11,567 nt of DNA from assembly GCA_045863295.1 (NCBI GenBank), contig BTWA01000015.1:125508-137074 (forward strand), read 5' to 3'. Each line of letters opens with the position of its first letter. Position 1 is the first letter of the stretch. Made by a program: the position numbers and the translations under genes. The notes under the pieces are model-generated. The model was not told where the DNA came from, searched no databases, and saw nothing but the letters and a program-made list of their open reading frames with translations. This DNA comes from Candidatus Hydrogenedentota bacterium. Lineage in GTDB: Bacteria > Hydrogenedentota > Hydrogenedentia > Hydrogenedentales > SLHB01. This document shows, one piece after another, positions 7,269 through 11,567 of the stretch.

Positions 7269-7297
7269 TTGACAGCAGGGTGTAAATGATTTACAAT
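7269..7297 (+). promoter_or_regulatory. Sigma70 promoter of the TAC operon with an overlapping palindromic operator
   Basis: TTGACA (7269-7274), 17 nt, TACAAT (7292-7297); perfect 7-1-7 inverted repeat TGTAAAT-G-ATTTACA (7281-7295) overlapping the -10. Confidence 0.85.
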
Positions 7298-7313
7298 CTA
7301 GGTATGCACGGAA

Positions 7314-7643
7314 TTGAATAGACAATCCCTCACACCATCCGAAGTAAAGCGGCGGGTACTGGAACTGCTTAACTTGGGTAGATACTCGGATGAGAGCGGC
7401 CACTTCAAACACAAGCACAGAAATATCTTACGTAACCACATCACCTATGTGCTCCAGACCGGGCAGGCAATTCAAGAGCGATTCGAATGGAGTACGGAGG
7501 TCTATGCATGGAGGTACGTCATAGAGGGAATTGACCAAGACGGCCGAAACCTCAGAATCGTATTCGAATTCATTGAAGTTTCCCCGTTTCCAGATGAATG
7601 GATCTATGTGGTTTCTGCCTACGACCTAAACCTAAAGGACTGA
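7314..7643 (+). CDS. Putative toxin, DUF4258-like (RelE/BrnT-like RNase fold)
   Basis: 109 aa, TTG start; SGHFKHKHRNI...ITYVLQTG...WRYVIEGIDQDGRNLRIVF...IYVVSAY pattern; directly upstream of an HTH antitoxin. Confidence 0.72.
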   Translation: MNRQSLTPSEVKRRVLELLNLGRYSDESGHFKHKHRNILRNHITYVLQTGQAIQERFEWSTEVYAWRYVIEGIDQDGRNLRIVFEFIEVSPFPDEWIYVVSAYDLNLKD

Positions 7644-7647
7644 CACT

Positions 7648-8160
7648 ATGGTATTTACAGATTCGGGATTTGGGTTCCCAGTTGTAATCCACAACGCGGA
7701 TACCATGAATATCCGAGGTAAGATAGTCCCCAAAGTCAACCTTTTGGAGCTGGAACGGACTATCTTGGAACGATTGGTTGTAATCCAACGTCGTCTTACC
7801 GGTAACGAGGTCCGATTCATACGCCTTTGGTTGAAAATGGGAGCGACTGCTTTCGCCAATACCTTGGGGGTGACTCACCCGGCAGTGCTCGGGTGGGAAA
7901 AAAGGGGCGACAGACCGACGACAATGAACTGGGGGACCGAATTCCTGCTACGGTTTAATCTTGCCACTGAACTCAATATGCCAACGAGCGCCCTAGTGGA
8001 TTTTGCCGCTAGTAAAGTGCCGGTAACCCAATCCGATACCTACGAACCCATGCAAATCGTACTAGACACTCAATGGGTGGCGTGTGCCAATACGTCAGTC
8101 ACATCAAGCCACGCGGTCAACACGAAGGCGGGTGTAAATGTTCTCATCCATGCAGCTTGA
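7648..8160 (+). CDS. Antitoxin, MqsA/HigA-like XRE HTH with a C-terminal chaperone-addiction-like tail
   Basis: RLTGNEVRFIRLWLKMGATAFANTLGVTHPAVLGWEK HTH; about 45-50 aa Ser/Thr/Val-rich C-terminal extension ending IHAA. Confidence 0.8.
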   Translation: MVFTDSGFGFPVVIHNADTMNIRGKIVPKVNLLELERTILERLVVIQRRLTGNEVRFIRLWLKMGATAFANTLGVTHPAVLGWEKRGDRPTTMNWGTEFLLRFNLATELNMPTSALVDFAASKVPVTQSDTYEPMQIVLDTQWVACANTSVTSSHAVNTKAGVNVLIHAA

Positions 8161-8560
8161 CCGGATCGAACTCGTTCGTCTTTCGATTGAACATAGCCCA
8201 CGGCCTCAAGACATCGAACTTAAAGATCCTGAAAAGGACTGGGTTCATGTCGAATACACATGCAACGCACATGATGTCAAACCTTGGTTCCAGGTGAAAC
8301 TGCAAATCATGGTGGACCGGGCAAGTAAAGGGGACCAGCGAATTGACGTCGAACTAGAGGCTTATTTCAAATTTCCGGAAGGTACCGGCCTCGAAATTAT
8401 GCAGCTATTCGTACCGAACACCTGCGTGGCTCATGCAATTAATTACGCCCGCAATATCATCTATGAAGCTACTTCACAAACAAAATATGGCCCCTTTCGT
8501 CTTCCATTACTTGATCTCGTGGCGATCGAGCAAAAGAAGGCCGAAACGGCAAACCCTTAG
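8138..8560 (+). CDS. SecB-like chaperone of a TAC module
   Basis: 140 aa; N-terminal SMQLDRI, beta-strand IDVELEAYFKF and C-terminal AINYARNIIYEATSQTKYGPFRLPLLDL matching the SecB-family Y-x-R...T...P-x-x-LP motif; overlaps the antitoxin 3' end. Confidence 0.8.
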   Translation: MFSSMQLDRIELVRLSIEHSPRPQDIELKDPEKDWVHVEYTCNAHDVKPWFQVKLQIMVDRASKGDQRIDVELEAYFKFPEGTGLEIMQLFVPNTCVAHAINYARNIIYEATSQTKYGPFRLPLLDLVAIEQKKAETANP

Positions 8561-8610
8561 GGAATCGTTCCCGCTCCCGCACGAATCGGGTATGGTTGGT
8601 AACCCACAGC

Positions 8611-8632
8611 TCGTCGTACCATCGTCGTACCA
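8611..8632 (+). repeat. Tandem 11-bp direct repeat, candidate integrase arm-type binding sites
   Basis: TCGTCGTACCA at 8611-8621 and 8622-8632, about 115 bp inside the att core. Confidence 0.65.
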
Positions 8633-8745
8633 AAAATCGATACTATGATATAATCAACGAAAATAACGAAAGGAGTGACTGCCTTCAACCCCTTTAAACA
8701 CACATTGTTATAGACTAACACACATTCAACGAAATCTACCGTTTC

Positions 8746-8793
8746 TGCTTGACATGCAAGGGGTCGGAGGTTCGAGTCCTCTACCGCCCACCA
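8746..8793 (+). other. att site: duplicated 3' half of tRNA-Val(GAC), not an intact tRNA
   Basis: TGC-TTGACAT-GCAAG anticodon arm (GAC at 8751-8753), T arm GGAGG-TTCGAGT-CCTCT, acceptor 3' strand ACCGCCC-A-CCA. Upstream has no acceptor 5' strand or D arm, and pairing fails in the outer anticodon stem. Confidence 0.9.
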
Positions 8794-9003
8794 ATTTTTT
8801 CCCCCTTTTTTCTAGAGTCTCTCCGCATGTCATGTCCAGTGCCGTGGGTGGCTTCTCTATTGTTGCAATAGACAAGCCGAGTTGCCACCGTTTGGATACT
8901 ATTTGGTTGGCGGGCAAAATATAGGACAGGCAAGAATCAAGGGCATTCGCCAGATGGATCTGTTTCCAAAACTCATCGTCCCTTTGTAAATTCGGTCCTC
9001 CTA

Positions 9004-10422
9004 CTATTTTTCTGCAATGCAATAGAGGTTTCTACGGCCCTTCAAATACAGTTCGTCGCCGGCGATAATCGGAGACGCATCGAATCCGTCCTCCAGAACG
9101 TTGGTGGCTAGAAGTTCGAACGTGTCCGATTTCTTGACGACCGCCACGTTTCCATCGCGATCGGCAATATAGATCTTGTTCCCGGCGCCGGCAGGTGAAG
9201 CGTAGATTTGTCCTAATCCATCAATGGCTTGCGCTGTAAACATGGCTTTTCCAGATTTTGCGTCGTAGCAGGACAACTCGGCACCGCGATCGGCAGTGAG
9301 ATAAATGCGGTCATCATAAAGCAGAGGTGAGGCAACGTATGGCGTGCCTTGGGTCACTTCCCAAGCAATGGCAGGCGTACCGGTCAAGTCGCCGGTTTGC
9401 GCCAAATCAATGGCTTTCAAGGAGTATCCTCGGAAACCGCTGGTGCAGTACACACTCCCAAAACCGGATACGGGTGTTGGGATGGTATTGGCGGTGAGTC
9501 CGGCGCACTCCCAGACAACGTCGCCCGTCTTGGCATCATAACTGCGAATGCGGTTGGTTGCCGCGGTGACGACTTGTAGCGCGCCGTCTACGGCGACGGG
9601 CAGTGGCGAACTCCATGCGGTGGCTTCCTCACGGGCCTTTTCCCAAAGCAGATCGCCGGTGTCCTTGTTAAACGCCATGATTTTCGAGCCCGCTTCGTGA
9701 TCCATCAGCACCACGATGGCGTCACCGGCCAAGGCAGGAGAACTGCCTTCGCCGAAGCTGTTTTTCATTTGCATCTTTCCCAAGTCACGGGACCACTTTT
9801 GATTTCCCTCCAAGTCGTAGCAATACAATCCCCGGGACCCGAAACTGGCCCACAGCAATTTGCCGTCAGTCACCGGTGAATTGGAGGCATAGCTACCCGT
9901 GGGGTGCCTTCCCTCATGGGGAACCTCTTCTCGGGCCGTCTTCTCCCAGAGCAGTTTTCCAGTCTTTCGATCGTAACACACCACATTGAACTTATAGGGG
10001 AACGAGGGAGGCGGAGTACGCATTCCGCCGCCACGGGATCTACCCTCGCGGGACCCTCCTTCACGCTGTAAACCGGCTTGCGGTGCAGCCGGATTGGTCC
10101 CTTCTGATTGCGGTCCACCGGATTGCGCCCTATCTTGAGACTGCCCGGCAGGCGGAGCCTGTTCCTCTTGGGTAGGCACGGCAGTCTGAATGAAAATCTT
10201 GTCGTCCCAGATAATGGGTGTCGAGTGGCTAAGGCCGGGCAATTCGGTTTTCCACTTTATGTTTTGGGTCTCACTCCAAGTAGAAGGGGGATTGCCTTTG
10301 GATGCCGCCCCATTGTTGTTGGGTCCCCGCCATGATGGCCAGTTGTCTTCCATGGCGGCGCCATAACTGACCAATGCAGGAAATACGACACTCGCAATAC
10401 ACCAAAACCGAAGTAAACGCAT
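9004..10422 (-). CDS. Secreted PQQ-binding-like beta-propeller (BamB-like repeat) protein, host gene
   Basis: Signal peptide then NWPSWRGP...NIKWKTELPG..HSTPIIW, repeated D-x-x-TG-x-x-x-W blades, ASP motifs. Start at ATG 10422 (AGGGAG SD) rather than 10659. Confidence 0.88.
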   Translation of the reverse strand: MRLLRFWCIASVVFPALVSYGAAMEDNWPSWRGPNNNGAASKGNPPSTWSETQNIKWKTELPGLSHSTPIIWDDKIFIQTAVPTQEEQAPPAGQSQDRAQSGGPQSEGTNPAAPQAGLQREGGSREGRSRGGGMRTPPPSFPYKFNVVCYDRKTGKLLWEKTAREEVPHEGRHPTGSYASNSPVTDGKLLWASFGSRGLYCYDLEGNQKWSRDLGKMQMKNSFGEGSSPALAGDAIVVLMDHEAGSKIMAFNKDTGDLLWEKAREEATAWSSPLPVAVDGALQVVTAATNRIRSYDAKTGDVVWECAGLTANTIPTPVSGFGSVYCTSGFRGYSLKAIDLAQTGDLTGTPAIAWEVTQGTPYVASPLLYDDRIYLTADRGAELSCYDAKSGKAMFTAQAIDGLGQIYASPAGAGNKIYIADRDGNVAVVKKSDTFELLATNVLEDGFDASPIIAGDELYLKGRRNLYCIAEK

Positions 10423-10851
10423 GGATCTCTCCCTTTGCCGTTGGGCAATGTCTGAGACCTTGAGCCAACACTTCCAAATGACCGAGCCGTAGCCTTCACG
10501 CTTGCAACAGATTATATTTCTGCTCATGCCACCTTTCAATCGCTTTATTGATATGATTATTGTCTTTACTGAAGATCCAGTTTGCCTTGTAAATGTTTGA
10601 AATCCGTGCTTTCGCGAAGATTGGTTTGCAAGTATGTGTGAGCTGCCGAATGCGGACATAGAAGAGGGTCACTATTCGACGCTGTTGGCGCACTACGGCA
10701 ACATTGCCTACCGGACGGGGCGACGGCTTCATGTCGAGCCGGAGTCCGAGGGATTTGTTGACGATGCGGAAGCCAACACACTGGTCAGGCGGAGTTATCG
10801 CGAGCCGTGGCGTGTGCCGGAGACGGTTTGAACCAGGGCGTGGAGCGTCGG

Positions 10852-11567
10852 CTATTCTTGTCCGTGCAGTCTCATCGCACGGCGCCGCGTATATATTAAA
10901 ATCAGCCCTGTGGCGAGGGCCAGGATGAGCAGATTACCGCGTCCGCGCGCGTCACTCATTCCAGACGACGCTACGTCTGAACTCGATTCTTCGGCAATTC
11001 CCACGCTCATCGTCGCGCCGTGGTTGAGTTGGAGTACCCATTCGTTGTTGACGAGTTGACGTTCGTTATTCATCAGTCCTTGTACGTTTTCGACGGGGTG
11101 CCAGCCGGCATTCTCTCCATCAACGAGGTAGTAGTAGATGTTGAGGGTGCTGGGGTCATGTCCTTGGGGAACGGGGATGCGGATTTCGACCGGCGTGGCA
11201 AATGGGCCGGTGGCTTCGGTGGTGTAGGTTTCGCCGAGGGCGTTGTCCATTGCAGGCGGTTCGGGCAACACGGTGTCTTGTGGCACGATGGTGAAGGTGG
11301 TCGTGTCGCTTTGAAGGACTTCGCCCAGATCGGTCGTGGCTTCGACGGTGAGGGTGATGATTGCACCCACGGGCCATTCGGAGGTGTGGCGTACGACGGC
11401 CCAGCCGTCGTTGGCGTCGTTGCCTACCGGCATCCATTCGACGGTGACGTCGTCCGCGGGCACCCCGTCGAGGGTGACGGTCAGTGAAGTCGCATCAATG
11501 GCATCATCGGCCCGCAGTCGCACGGCGAGCGTTTCGTTGGGTCGTGCGGCGCGGGTGCCGCCGTCCA
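10852..11567 (-). CDS. Membrane-anchored surface/extracellular protein, C-terminal part (5'-partial), host gene
   Basis: Frame is open to the right edge; acidic, beta-rich Ig-like segments; C-terminal GNLLILALATGLILIY-TRRR (TM helix plus basic tail). Confidence 0.75.
   Translation of the reverse strand, partial: DGGTRAARPNETLAVRLRADDAIDATSLTVTLDGVPADDVTVEWMPVGNDANDGWAVVRHTSEWPVGAIITLTVEATTDLGEVLQSDTTTFTIVPQDTVLPEPPAMDNALGETYTTEATGPFATPVEIRIPVPQGHDPSTLNIYYYLVDGENAGWHPVENVQGLMNNERQLVNNEWVLQLNHGATMSVGIAEESSSDVASSGMSDARGRGNLLILALATGLILIYTRRRAMRLHGQE

Larger units (their letters stand above)
1..8793. mobile_element. Prophage, right-hand portion (early/immunity/cargo region), continuing beyond the left edge; integrated at a tRNA-Val(GAC) gene
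   Basis: Divergent cI/cro-like switch, tightly coupled leftward operon with ERF, PD-(D/E)XK nuclease and excisionase-like genes, cargo genes, and a 3' tRNA fragment (att) at 8746-8793 after which host-type genes begin. Confidence 0.88.

Noticed and set aside
4740..7295. Shared regulator for the switch palindrome (GTA-N6-TAC) and the TAC palindrome (GTA-N7-TAC)
   Set aside because: Spacing and inner bases differ; autoregulation by the antitoxin is the simpler explanation.
8718..8793. Intact tRNA-Val gene
   Set aside because: Acceptor 5' strand and D arm are missing; only the 3' half is present.
8726..9022. Minus-strand ORF ending LVGGRGLEPPTPCMSSR...
   Set aside because: That peptide is the antisense translation of the tRNA fragment.
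10020..10175. Gln/Gly/Arg-rich insert in the beta-propeller protein as an intein or mobile insert
   Set aside because: No splicing motifs; low-complexity loops at this position are ordinary for the family.
10423..10851. ncRNA, riboswitch or N-terminal extension of the propeller ORF to 10659
   Set aside because: No recognisable RNA motif; the SD and signal peptide support the start at 10422.

Overview
Right-hand end of a temperate prophage (1..~8793) followed by host chromosome (8794..11567). The boundary is a 48-bp duplicated 3' half of a tRNA-Val(GAC) gene (8746-8793), i.e. an att site, with arm-type-like repeats just inside it. The phage part has three blocks. (1) A leftward early operon under a TTGACA-17-TACACT promoter: two Cro-like HTH genes, a CII-like regulator, two excisionase-like HTH_17 genes, an ERF ssDNA-annealing protein, a PD-(D/E)XK exonuclease, and an ORF missed by the ORF track that runs off the left edge and resembles the N-terminal domain of ice-nucleation proteins followed by octapeptide repeats. 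(2) A divergent CI-like repressor without a peptidase domain. (3) Cargo genes: a lipoprotein, a multi-pass membrane protein, and a three-gene toxin-antitoxin-chaperone (TAC) operon with its own promoter (DUF4258-like toxin, HTH antitoxin with a ChAD-like tail ending in Ala-Ala, SecB-like chaperone), a candidate anti-phage defence system. The host part holds a PQQ-type beta-propeller gene and a partial membrane-anchored surface protein. No integrase lies in the window. All family calls come from motif recognition by eye, not database searches.
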